Below are positions 19,234-26,873 of a stretch of 63,511 bases of DNA, one piece after another (positions within the stretch are counted from its first letter, which is position 1; each line of letters opens with the position of its first letter). The position numbers and the translations under genes were made by a program. The stretch is taken from contig JAFDDB010000005.1 in assembly GCA_019311115.1 (NCBI GenBank), positions 1 through 63,511 on the forward strand. Reading direction: 5' to 3'. Source of the stretch: Deltaproteobacteria bacterium. Lineage in GTDB: Bacteria > Myxococcota_A > UBA9160 > SZUA-336. The notes below the pieces were generated by a model that had not been told where the DNA came from, did not search any database, and saw nothing but the letters and a program-made list of their open reading frames with translations.

Positions 19234-20570
19234 TCCACGTACCCCAGGCTCTTGAGCGCCTTCTGCGTCTCGGAGTCCATGGCGCGCGGTGCGCCCTGGG
19301 CCAGCGGAGCGGGCAGGCTCGCCAGGTACTCGTCGAGAGACGCCGCCATGGCCGCCGCGCGCTCGGGATCGCGCGCCGCCAGGTCGATCCGCTCGTGCGG
19401 GTCGCGCGCCAGGTCGTATACGGCGAGCCGTCCCCGGTCCTTGCGGACCAGCTTGTGGCCGTCCGCGATCAGCGCCTGCACGTCGCCGTCGGCGTTCGTC
19501 ATGAACGGCAGCGGGTAGACCTCGGCGACGACGGGGTGGCCGAGCCGGCCGAGCGCGTTGCCTTGGATGTCGTCGGGGATGGGCAGGCCGAGCGCGTCCA
19601 ACAGGGTGGGGAGCACGTCGGTCAGCTGTACGCGCTCGTCGCTCCGCTCCGGCGCGTGCCCCGTGCCGGGGTACTTGACGATGAAGGGGATGGCGAGCAC
19701 CGCGCGCTCCAGTGCCGTGCCGTGGCCCTGGATGCCGTCCTCCCACAGCGCCTCGCCGTGGTCCGCGGTCACGATGATCCAGGTGTCGTCGAACAGGTCG
19801 AGGTCCCGCAGCCCGTCGAGCAGCTTCCCGACCCAGAAGTCCATGAAGCGGATCTCCCCGTCGTACAGCCAGCGCGCGCGCGTACGGATGCGCTGCTCGC
19901 GCGGCATGTCGCTCGTCAGCCGTGGCGGCGCGCCCCGAAAACGTGCCGGCGGATCGTACGGGCCGTGCGGGTCGAAGTAGTTCAGGAACAGGAAGAAGGG
20001 CCGGTCCCGGGGGCGCGAGCGCAGCCAGTCGAGCGCGGCTCCGGTCACGCTCGGCGCGAGACGCCCGTGGGTCGGGTCGATCCCGCCGTCGTCGTAGTGG
20101 TCGAAGCCCAGGTCGAGTCCCGTCACGCGCTTGAGCCACGGGCCGGCCACGATGCCCGCCGTCGCGTAGCCGTGCTCGCCGAGCAGCAGTGGCAGCGGGC
20201 GCTCGTGGGGGCTGAGTCCGCGCGCGCGGTAGCGCTCGAACGGTCCCTCGATCGCGTCGGCCAGCGAGATGGGCCCGTCCACGTCGAGGCGCGCGCCGTG
20301 ACTGCTCGTGAGCTTGCCGGTGAGCAGCGTCGCGTGACCCGGGAGCGTCCAGCTCGTGGTGGACACAGCGCGCGTGTAGACCACCGACACGGCGGCGAGC
20401 GCGTCGAGGCTCGGGCTCGTCTGCTCACCGTATCCGTAGCAGCCCAGGCGGTCCGCGCGCGTCGTATCCAGGCTGATCAACAGGATGTGCGGATCCTGCG
20501 GTCTTCCCGAACACGCGCACAGCGCCAGCAACAGGGCCGCCGTGGCGATCGTTTTGTCTGGCAGCCCCAC
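19230..20570 (-). CDS. sulfatase-like (alkaline phosphatase superfamily) lipoprotein
   Basis: LDTTRADRL, WTLPGHATLLTG, YFDPHGPY, YDGEI, TADHGE and LKSLGYVE motifs. Confidence 0.9.
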   Translation of the reverse strand: MGLPDKTIATAALLLALCACSGRPQDPHILLISLDTTRADRLGCYGYGEQTSPSLDALAAVSVVYTRAVSTTSWTLPGHATLLTGKLTSSHGARLDVDGPISLADAIEGPFERYRARGLSPHERPLPLLLGEHGYATAGIVAGPWLKRVTGLDLGFDHYDDGGIDPTHGRLAPSVTGAALDWLRSRPRDRPFFLFLNYFDPHGPYDPPARFRGAPPRLTSDMPREQRIRTRARWLYDGEIRFMDFWVGKLLDGLRDLDLFDDTWIIVTADHGEALWEDGIQGHGTALERAVLAIPFIVKYPGTGHAPERSDERVQLTDVLPTLLDALGLPIPDDIQGNALGRLGHPVVAEVYPLPFMTNADGDVQALIADGHKLVRKDRGRLAVYDLARDPHERIDLAARDPERAAAMAASLDEYLASLPAPLAQGAPRAMDSETQKALKSLGYVE

Positions 20571-20582
20571 TGGACGTCGTGG

Positions 20583-21737
20583 TCAGGCGACCTTCACGGT
20601 CTCGGGAAGCTTGCGGGTCAGGATGTCGGCGGCTTGTTCGACCAGGTCGGCGACGATCTGGCCGGCGGGCTTGATGTCGTGGATCAGGCCGGAGACCTGG
20701 CCGGCGAACGGCGCCACGTACTCGGTCTTGCCCGCCTGGTTGAACATGTCGACCATCGCCGACGCCAGCAGGGCCTGCAGCGGGAAGGGCAGCGCCTCGA
20801 GGCCCGACTCCTCCCACAGGTCGTGGAAGCGGTTGTAGGTCGTGCGCGAGGTCTTTCCCGTGTAGATGTAGGTGCGGCGCGTGTCCTCGTCGGTGGCGTC
20901 CACCATGTGCTGCTTCTGCACGTCGAGCGCTCCGCCCTCGTCGGACGCCAGGAAGCGCGTGCCGACCCAGACTCCGATGCAGCCCATGGCGAGCGCCGCA
21001 GCCACGCCGCGGCCGTCGCCGATCCCCCCCGCGGCGAGCACCGGTGTCGGCGCGCAGGCGTCGATGGCCTGCGGCCAGAGCGCCATCGAGCCGACGCGGC
21101 CGGTGTGGCCTCCGCCCTCGTGCCCCTGCGCGACGACCAGGTCCGAGCCCGACCGCGCGATGCGGCCGGCGTTCTTGGAGTTGCCCGCGATGCCCAGCAC
21201 CTTCATGCCCGCGGCGTGCGCGGACTCGACCATGAAGCCGGGGTCGCCGAGGCCGGCGCAGAAGAGCGGCACCTGCTGCTCGATGCACGCTTCGACCGCG
21301 GCGTGCGGCCGCGACACGGTCGATCCGGCGCTGATCGCCACCTGGATGTCCGGCAGGCCGAAGTCCTCCTTCACCTTCATCATCCACTCGAAGTGCGCGC
21401 GCGGCAGCGCCGCGAGCGCGTCGGCGAGCGGGATGTTGCCGGCGTCGCGAACGGGCGCGTCGCCCTGCCGGACCTGCTGTGCGGGGAGCAGCAGGTCCAC
21501 GCCGAACGGCTTGTCGGTGAGCTTGCGGATCTCCTGGATCTTCTCGCGCAGCTCCTCGACGGAGTAGCCGGCTCCGCCGAGCACTCCCAGGCCTCCGGCC
21601 TCGGAGACGGCCACCACCAGCCCGACCGGCGCACCGGTTTCCTCGCCGATCAGGCTCGGTCCCATTCCCGCGCTCAGGATCGGGTACTCGATCCCCAGCA
21701 TGTCGCAGAGCGGCGTTCTGAGTGTCCGTCGTGCCAA
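20583..21737 (-). CDS. nitronate monooxygenase / FabK-like flavin oxidoreductase
   Basis: PILSAGMG, VSEAGGLG, QGHEGGGH, AAGGIGDG and VGTRFL motifs; TTG start after GGAGG. Confidence 0.9.
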   Translation of the reverse strand: MARRTLRTPLCDMLGIEYPILSAGMGPSLIGEETGAPVGLVVAVSEAGGLGVLGGAGYSVEELREKIQEIRKLTDKPFGVDLLLPAQQVRQGDAPVRDAGNIPLADALAALPRAHFEWMMKVKEDFGLPDIQVAISAGSTVSRPHAAVEACIEQQVPLFCAGLGDPGFMVESAHAAGMKVLGIAGNSKNAGRIARSGSDLVVAQGHEGGGHTGRVGSMALWPQAIDACAPTPVLAAGGIGDGRGVAAALAMGCIGVWVGTRFLASDEGGALDVQKQHMVDATDEDTRRTYIYTGKTSRTTYNRFHDLWEESGLEALPFPLQALLASAMVDMFNQAGKTEYVAPFAGQVSGLIHDIKPAGQIVADLVEQAADILTRKLPETVKVA

Positions 21738-21862
21738 GGGGGCCTCCTCGCAGGGATTTGCGTGGGGCGGCGAGCTGCCGTGGTGCCCGCACTCTACCCC
21801 AGCAGAGACGCCGAGAGGCGCGTCCCTCGGCACGCCTCGGGCGTCGGGGCGCGAAGAAGTGC

Positions 21863-23170
21863 TCAGTCGTGCGAGCAGGCGGGGCGCGCGTCGGTCACGC
21901 CGAAGCGCTCGGGGAAGCGGGCGTCGTACGCGATGGTGCCGCGCGACGGCGGGCCGAAGCGGTCGGGGTCGAGGGCGCGTAACGCCTCGGCGGCCAGGAT
22001 GCCGCCGCAGATCATGTTGGTGCCCGGCAGCGTCAGGGCCTGCGCCAGCGAGCAGGTGGCGCGGTCGCTCTCTTCGTCGGCCAGCTCGGCGAGCCGCGGA
22101 ATGCGGTGTGCCAGGCACGCCGTCTCGCCGGGCAAGTAGACGCGGTGCTGCGCCGCGAGCGGGGAGCTGCCCGCCTCGGCGAGCGGCACGCCGTCGGCTA
22201 GCGAGCAGTCGTTCAGGTAGCGGCGCGCGGCAAAGGTGTCGGGACAGGCGATGCGCAGCGACGGCCGGCCGAGCCGTACCAGCCGGTCCTCGTAGCGGAC
22301 CGGCATCGGCCGTAGGTCGACGCCGGCGTCGGTCAGGACCGCCAGCTTCTCCGCCATCACGACCGCCTTCGGCCGGCCGATGTCGTCGGCCGAGAAGGAG
22401 GGCTGGATCGCCAGGTTCTCGGGGCCCACCCGGTCGAAGTCGAAGATGCGCAGCTCGCAGCGGTCGCCGAGCAGCGGAGCCAGCGACTCCAGCAGGTGCG
22501 TGCCCACGCCGCCGGCGCCGATCACGTCGATGATCGCGTCCTCGACGAACGCGTCCTTCCAGTCGCTCGCGTCCGTGCCCGGCGCCGGCGTCCGGTCTTC
22601 GCCCGCCACGTCGAAGCGGACCTCGGCCGCGGCGGGCGCAGCGTCCACGAGCCGTCCCGCGCCGATCAGCGCCTCTTGGAGCAGCAGCCCCGCGGCGATC
22701 CGCGCGACCGGCGCGATGGGCTCGGCCGCGGTCCGGACGGCCGCGGCTTCGTCGACGGCCAGCGCCAGCATGGACACGCCGGTCGAGGTCCAGTCGAGCG
22801 AGGCGAACGCGCTCGTGTCGTTCGCGAAGTGGGCGCAGCGGCGGCGCACCTGGGGAGAGCTTCCCAGGTGCAGGACGACGCCGAAGGTCCCGTCGTCGGC
22901 GCGTCCCAGGTCGCCCAGGTACAGCGTGGGCATCGACTCGAACTCGGCTGCGGGCATCAGCGTCGACAGGTCGCCGACGGACGGGCCCGACGCGGCGAGC
23001 TGGACCTGGCCGAAGCCCAGCGCTTGCAGGCCGCGGCAGAGCGCCCACGCCGGGTGGTCCCACGGAAGGCCGCGAGGCGAGTCGTCGAGCACGACCAGCA
23101 CGCCGGTCTCGGCGATGCGCAGCGCGTCGGCGCCGGCCTGCGCCAGGCGGTCTTCGGGGCGGGCCGTCAC
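21863..23170 (-). CDS. E1-like ThiF-family adenylyltransferase with N-terminal degenerate ThiF-like domain (435 aa)
   Basis: GAGGVG (218-223), DFD..GPENLAIQ, IGRPK, CPDTFAARRYLND, candidate catalytic Cys373 (RATCS). GTG start overlaps the upstream TGA. Confidence 0.88.
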   Translation of the reverse strand: MTARPEDRLAQAGADALRIAETGVLVVLDDSPRGLPWDHPAWALCRGLQALGFGQVQLAASGPSVGDLSTLMPAAEFESMPTLYLGDLGRADDGTFGVVLHLGSSPQVRRRCAHFANDTSAFASLDWTSTGVSMLALAVDEAAAVRTAAEPIAPVARIAAGLLLQEALIGAGRLVDAAPAAAEVRFDVAGEDRTPAPGTDASDWKDAFVEDAIIDVIGAGGVGTHLLESLAPLLGDRCELRIFDFDRVGPENLAIQPSFSADDIGRPKAVVMAEKLAVLTDAGVDLRPMPVRYEDRLVRLGRPSLRIACPDTFAARRYLNDCSLADGVPLAEAGSSPLAAQHRVYLPGETACLAHRIPRLAELADEESDRATCSLAQALTLPGTNMICGGILAAEALRALDPDRFGPPSRGTIAYDARFPERFGVTDARPACSHD

Positions 23171-23919
23171 AGTGTCTCCGCGAGGGCAGGTGCGGGGGTG
23201 GGGTCGAACACGACCTTCTCGGCGATCTCCAACGCCAGCCGGCGCCGCAGCGCGTCGCGCTGCGACGTGGACAGGATGACGCGGCCGGCGCTCTCGAGTT
23301 GCGCGGGGATCTCGCGGACCTGGCGGCGGCCGCACATTGGACAGGTGTCGACGCGCGCCGCGTAGATCTCGTAGTCGCGCTCGCGGTTCACGATCAGCGA
23401 AAAGCAGACCGCGTACTCCTGGTGCAGGTTGCGGATCACGCCGCCGGTAAAGGCGGCGTCGCGCCAGAGCTGGACCATGCCCGCGCAGCCGCAGCGCGGG
23501 TGTCCGGGGCCGATCGGCACGGCCTCGGTCCAGCTGATCGCGGTGGACACCTGGTCGATGAACACGCCGGTCAGGAACTCGCGATCGACCACCGAGGCGG
23601 TGCACGGCCCGGGATGCCGGTGCACGAACGTGATCGGCACCAGGCGCCGCCCCATGCGCGCGGAGAGGGTCTCGATCTCGCGCCGCATCCGCAGCACGTC
23701 GTGCCCGGACTGCTCGACCGTCGAGACGGTCACGCGCTGGCCGCGCAGCAGCGGCGTGGCGATCACGTGGAACGGGTCGTCCTCGGTCGCCAGGCCGAGC
23801 ATCGCGTACTCGGACCTGGGGCTGGCGAAGTCGTAGGCCAGGATGTCGGCGGCCAGGAAGCAGCGCTCGAGCGCGAGCGCGTCGAATGACAGCGCGGCGC
23901 CTGCGTACAGGTCGAACAT
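23167..23919 (-). CDS. JAB/MPN+ (JAMM) metallopeptidase, 250 aa
   Basis: E37 (SEYAMLGL) ... H100-R-H102-x6-S109-xx-D112. ATG overlaps the upstream TGA (TGATG). Confidence 0.8.
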   Translation of the reverse strand: MFDLYAGAALSFDALALERCFLAADILAYDFASPRSEYAMLGLATEDDPFHVIATPLLRGQRVTVSTVEQSGHDVLRMRREIETLSARMGRRLVPITFVHRHPGPCTASVVDREFLTGVFIDQVSTAISWTEAVPIGPGHPRCGCAGMVQLWRDAAFTGGVIRNLHQEYAVCFSLIVNRERDYEIYAARVDTCPMCGRRQVREIPAQLESAGRVILSTSQRDALRRRLALEIAEKVVFDPTPAPALAETL

Positions 23920-24995
23920 CAGAACGGGACCTCCTCTTCGTGGCGCGCCGTGCGCTCGCGCCACATGCGGTGGAACTCCGGCCGGTCGGTCGCCAGGATC
24001 GCCCCGGCGTCGAGCCACTGGACGACGGCCTCGGCGTCGCTGAAGCGCTTCGACAGCAGGCGCTGGTACTGCGCGAGCGTGCCCATGCAGAGGCCGGCGC
24101 GCACCGGTTGGCCCGACCGTCCCCACAGGCCGCGCTCGCTGCGCGACAGCGACGGCGCGAGGGAAAGACGTTCGGCCCGGGTGCGGCCCCGCACGTTCAG
24201 CGCGACGAACACGGTCCCCTGTCCGGTGCGAACCGGCAGGGGACCGCGCACCAGCAGCCAGGACCCCCCGCAGTACTGGAGCTGGTGTTGGTCGTCGCGG
24301 TGGAAGACGCTGCGGCTGCCGCGTTTCTCGGGCTCGTACAGGCTGAGGATCGCGTGCACGGCGCCGGAGAACTCCTTCAGCCGCGTCTTCGTGCCCTCGT
24401 CGGACATCACCGCGACGCGCATGTGCGCGCGCAGGGCGACCCCCGCGCGACGGACGAACTCGTTCAGCGACTCGGTGCGGTCGAGGCAGTAGCGGTAGGT
24501 GTGGCCGTTCAGCTCGACGTGGAAGTCGGACTTCCGCTTGCGCGTGGCCCGCTCGATCGGGATCACCGACCGCGCCAGGATCGCGCACGGCGCGCCGAGC
24601 GACTCGGCGAGATCCTCGGCGTACGGCTCCAACGCCAGGTGGTCGTCGACCGCCGCCTCGAGCTCGCGGGCACGGCGCGCCAGTTCGTCGAGCGTCCCCG
24701 GCGCGCCCGCGGGGGGCGCGCCGGAGAGGGACTTCAGGTAGGGGAGCAGCTCCGCCAGGCAGAACTGCAGGTCGTGGACCCGGGCCAGCAGCGGCCCGGC
24801 GTCGCCGAGCACGTCCGGGTGGTACTGCGCGCGGCCGGGGCGGATCCCCGACACCGTCTGCGCGTAGTCCCCGACCGATCCGACGCGACGGACCTTCGCC
24901 TTGGGCCCGGGGCCCGCGGAGAAGACGCCCCCTTCGAGGAGGAACGTCCTTTCGCGCGGGCCGCGGGCGAAGCGCGGGCGTTCCAGGTCGATCAC
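23919..24995 (-). CDS. 358-aa protein with putative divergent C-terminal E2/UBC-like domain
   Basis: GTG start overlaps the upstream TGA; strong GC3 bias. Beta-rich segment, then GLCMG (Cys303), then an amphipathic helix (AEAVVQWLDAGAILA). Function inferred from context. Confidence 0.6.
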   Translation of the reverse strand: MIDLERPRFARGPRERTFLLEGGVFSAGPGPKAKVRRVGSVGDYAQTVSGIRPGRAQYHPDVLGDAGPLLARVHDLQFCLAELLPYLKSLSGAPPAGAPGTLDELARRARELEAAVDDHLALEPYAEDLAESLGAPCAILARSVIPIERATRKRKSDFHVELNGHTYRYCLDRTESLNEFVRRAGVALRAHMRVAVMSDEGTKTRLKEFSGAVHAILSLYEPEKRGSRSVFHRDDQHQLQYCGGSWLLVRGPLPVRTGQGTVFVALNVRGRTRAERLSLAPSLSRSERGLWGRSGQPVRAGLCMGTLAQYQRLLSKRFSDAEAVVQWLDAGAILATDRPEFHRMWRERTARHEEEVPF

Positions 24996-25351
24996 GCACC
25001 GCCCCCGCGGTAGCTCTCGGAGATCATGATCGTGTACTCGTCGGTGTCGGACTTCTGGTCGCCGCCGGGGCCGTGCACGACCGTGTCGTCCAGCGAGATC
25101 GGCTGCCCGGTCGCGCTCGAGCCCTGCACCACCTCGATGTCGATCTGGCGCGTGCTGCGCAGCACCTCGCCCACCACCGCGGCGGTGCGCGACGCCGGGC
25201 CGCGCACCTGGCGGCACTCGATCACGCGGTTTACGAGCTGGCGGGCCGACAGGCCCTCGACCGTTCGGCGAGCGAAGCGGCCACCGCAGCTGGCGCCGAG
25301 TCCGTAGGCCACGCCGATCGTGACCTCTCCGGGGGTCTTCGAAATCCTCAT
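24992..25351 (-). CDS. putative ubiquitin-like (beta-grasp) protein precursor, 119 aa
   Basis: Small first gene of the E2-like/JAB/E1 operon. Terminal strand YTIMISE followed by SYRGGGA; purine-rich RBS AGAGGCAGGA. Confidence 0.7.
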   Translation of the reverse strand: MRISKTPGEVTIGVAYGLGASCGGRFARRTVEGLSARQLVNRVIECRQVRGPASRTAAVVGEVLRSTRQIDIEVVQGSSATGQPISLDDTVVHGPGGDQKSDTDEYTIMISESYRGGGA

Positions 25352-25503
25352 GGTTCCTGCCTCTCTTCTGTTTGGAGTTGTGCGATTCCCTCAGTCGTGA
25401 GAGATTCGGTACATCGGGGCGGGTGAGACGTTCACGGCCGATCCGGGTACAGGAGCCATGGTGCCATGCGGCAAGTGAAATGCAAGATTGAAATCATCAC
25501 TAA

Positions 25504-25516
25504 AATCAAATAGTTA
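25504..25516 (+). promoter_or_regulatory. IHF consensus site in divergent promoter region
   Basis: AATCAAATAGTTA matches WATCAANNNNTTR exactly, with an A/T-rich 5' flank. Confidence 0.6.
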
Positions 25517-25595
25517 CGACAGTTTGCCGAGTCTGGCAGGCTTCCGGGGGGACGGGTTCCACGGTTTGGTCGTGTCGCTATGCGGTGGTGACTCT

Positions 25596-25686
25596 ATTTC
25601 TACAATCGATTACTGATCGACATAGATCATGGAATGTTTTGGGATCCGAACTACAGAACCGACAATTCTGATGGAATCGTAGAAAT
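25596..25686. promoter_or_regulatory. inverted repeat ATTTCTAC(A/G)AT (25596-25606 / 25676-25686), candidate operator half-sites
   Basis: 10/11 inverted match within an AT-rich island upstream of the regulator gene. Confidence 0.4.
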
Positions 25687-25721
25687 GCAAGGGTCGAGAT
25701 CGACGAGGAGGGACAGGATCC

Positions 25722-26855
25722 ATGACCGGCGGGCAGGTGAGCGACACGACGGAGACGAGCAACGACGGCGGAACGGGGCGGGCCAAGGCCAGCGAAGAGG
25801 GGCGCAAGCCGCGGAAGAAGCGGGCCAACGCCAAGCGGGGCGACCTGGAGCGCCCCGAGCTCGAGGCGGTGGTCTGTGACTACTTCTGCCACCAGGGGCT
25901 GACGGCCCCGGAAATCCAGAAGAGCGTGCGCAAGGAGTTCGGCATCCGGATCACGCGCGAGGAGGCCTACCGCTTCGTGCGCAAGGCTGCGCGCAGCGGG
26001 TGGATCACGTACACGCCGCCGCAGGACTACGCCCTGCACCGCGGCATCAAGGAGCAGCGCTACCCCTGGCTGCAGGGTGTGTCGGTGGTCGAGACCGGCA
26101 ACTGCGAGGGCGTGGCGTCGCGCGGCGCGCAGATGCTGATGGAACTGCTGCAGCAGCACTACGCCGGCAAGGAGGTACACGTCGGTTTCTCCGGCGGATA
26201 CGGGCTGCGCAAGCTGGCGATGGCGTTCAGCCGCATGTTGCGCGAGCCGACCGAGCGGCTGCCGGAGCGCATCGTCTTCCACGCAATGGTCGCCGGCTTC
26301 GACGTCGACGAGCCGACCACCGATCCGAACGCGTTCTTCGCGTACTTCGTGCAGGATCCGGCGATGCAGGTCGAGACGTCGTTCGTCGGACTCCACGCGC
26401 CGGCGATGGCGCGCCCGGGTCTGCTCGAGGAGCTGACCGACCTGCCGGGCATCCGCGAGGCGTACCAGCGCTCGCACGAGATCAACGTGATCGTCAGCGG
26501 GGCCAGCTGCTGGAGCGACGACCACTCGCCGCTGCGCCGCTACCTCGACGTGGCGGGCGAGCCGCTCGGCGCCCTCGGAGAGGCGGGCTGCGTCGGGGAC
26601 TTCCTGTGGCAGCCGGTGGGCACCGAGGGTCCCCTCGAGATGGACACCGCGCTCAAGGCGATGACCCTCAAGCAGCTCGACGAGGTCGGCACCTTCGTCG
26701 AAGAGAAGAACCACGTGCTGCTCGTCGCCGGCCCGTGCAGCCAGTGCCACCATCCCAAGACCGAGGTCGTCAACGCAATCCTCAACCAGGACCGCCAGCT
26801 CATCACGCACCTGGCCATCGACAGCCGCTGCGCCCGCGACCTGCTCGCGCTCTAA
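25722..26855 (+). CDS. SorC/DeoR(CggR/LsrR)-family transcriptional regulator (HTH plus sugar-phosphate-binding domain)
   Basis: HTH-like QGLTAPEIQKSVRKEFGIRITREEAYRFVRKAARSGWI; VGFSGG, LHAPA, GCVGDFL and ITHLAIDSRCA motifs; GAGGAGGG RBS region. Confidence 0.8.
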   Translation: MTGGQVSDTTETSNDGGTGRAKASEEGRKPRKKRANAKRGDLERPELEAVVCDYFCHQGLTAPEIQKSVRKEFGIRITREEAYRFVRKAARSGWITYTPPQDYALHRGIKEQRYPWLQGVSVVETGNCEGVASRGAQMLMELLQQHYAGKEVHVGFSGGYGLRKLAMAFSRMLREPTERLPERIVFHAMVAGFDVDEPTTDPNAFFAYFVQDPAMQVETSFVGLHAPAMARPGLLEELTDLPGIREAYQRSHEINVIVSGASCWSDDHSPLRRYLDVAGEPLGALGEAGCVGDFLWQPVGTEGPLEMDTALKAMTLKQLDEVGTFVEEKNHVLLVAGPCSQCHHPKTEVVNAILNQDRQLITHLAIDSRCARDLLAL

Positions 26856-26873
26856 GAAAGGAAGGGAGGGGCC

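Noticed and set aside
21863-25351. ThiF/MoeB-ThiS/MoaD sulfur-relay or RiPP cluster
   Set aside because: No thi/moa/cys genes, rhodanese, YcaO or exporter are linked. The doubled E1 and the E2-like gene favour protein conjugation, though sulfur transfer is not formally excluded.
26736-26753. CxxCH in the SorC-type regulator as a heme c site
   Set aside because: Cytoplasmic DNA-binding protein without an export signal; metal binding is more plausible.
21740-26873. Mobile-element boundaries around the Ubl operon
   Set aside because: No integrase, transposase, tRNA or flanking direct repeats were seen, and coding GC resembles the neighbours.
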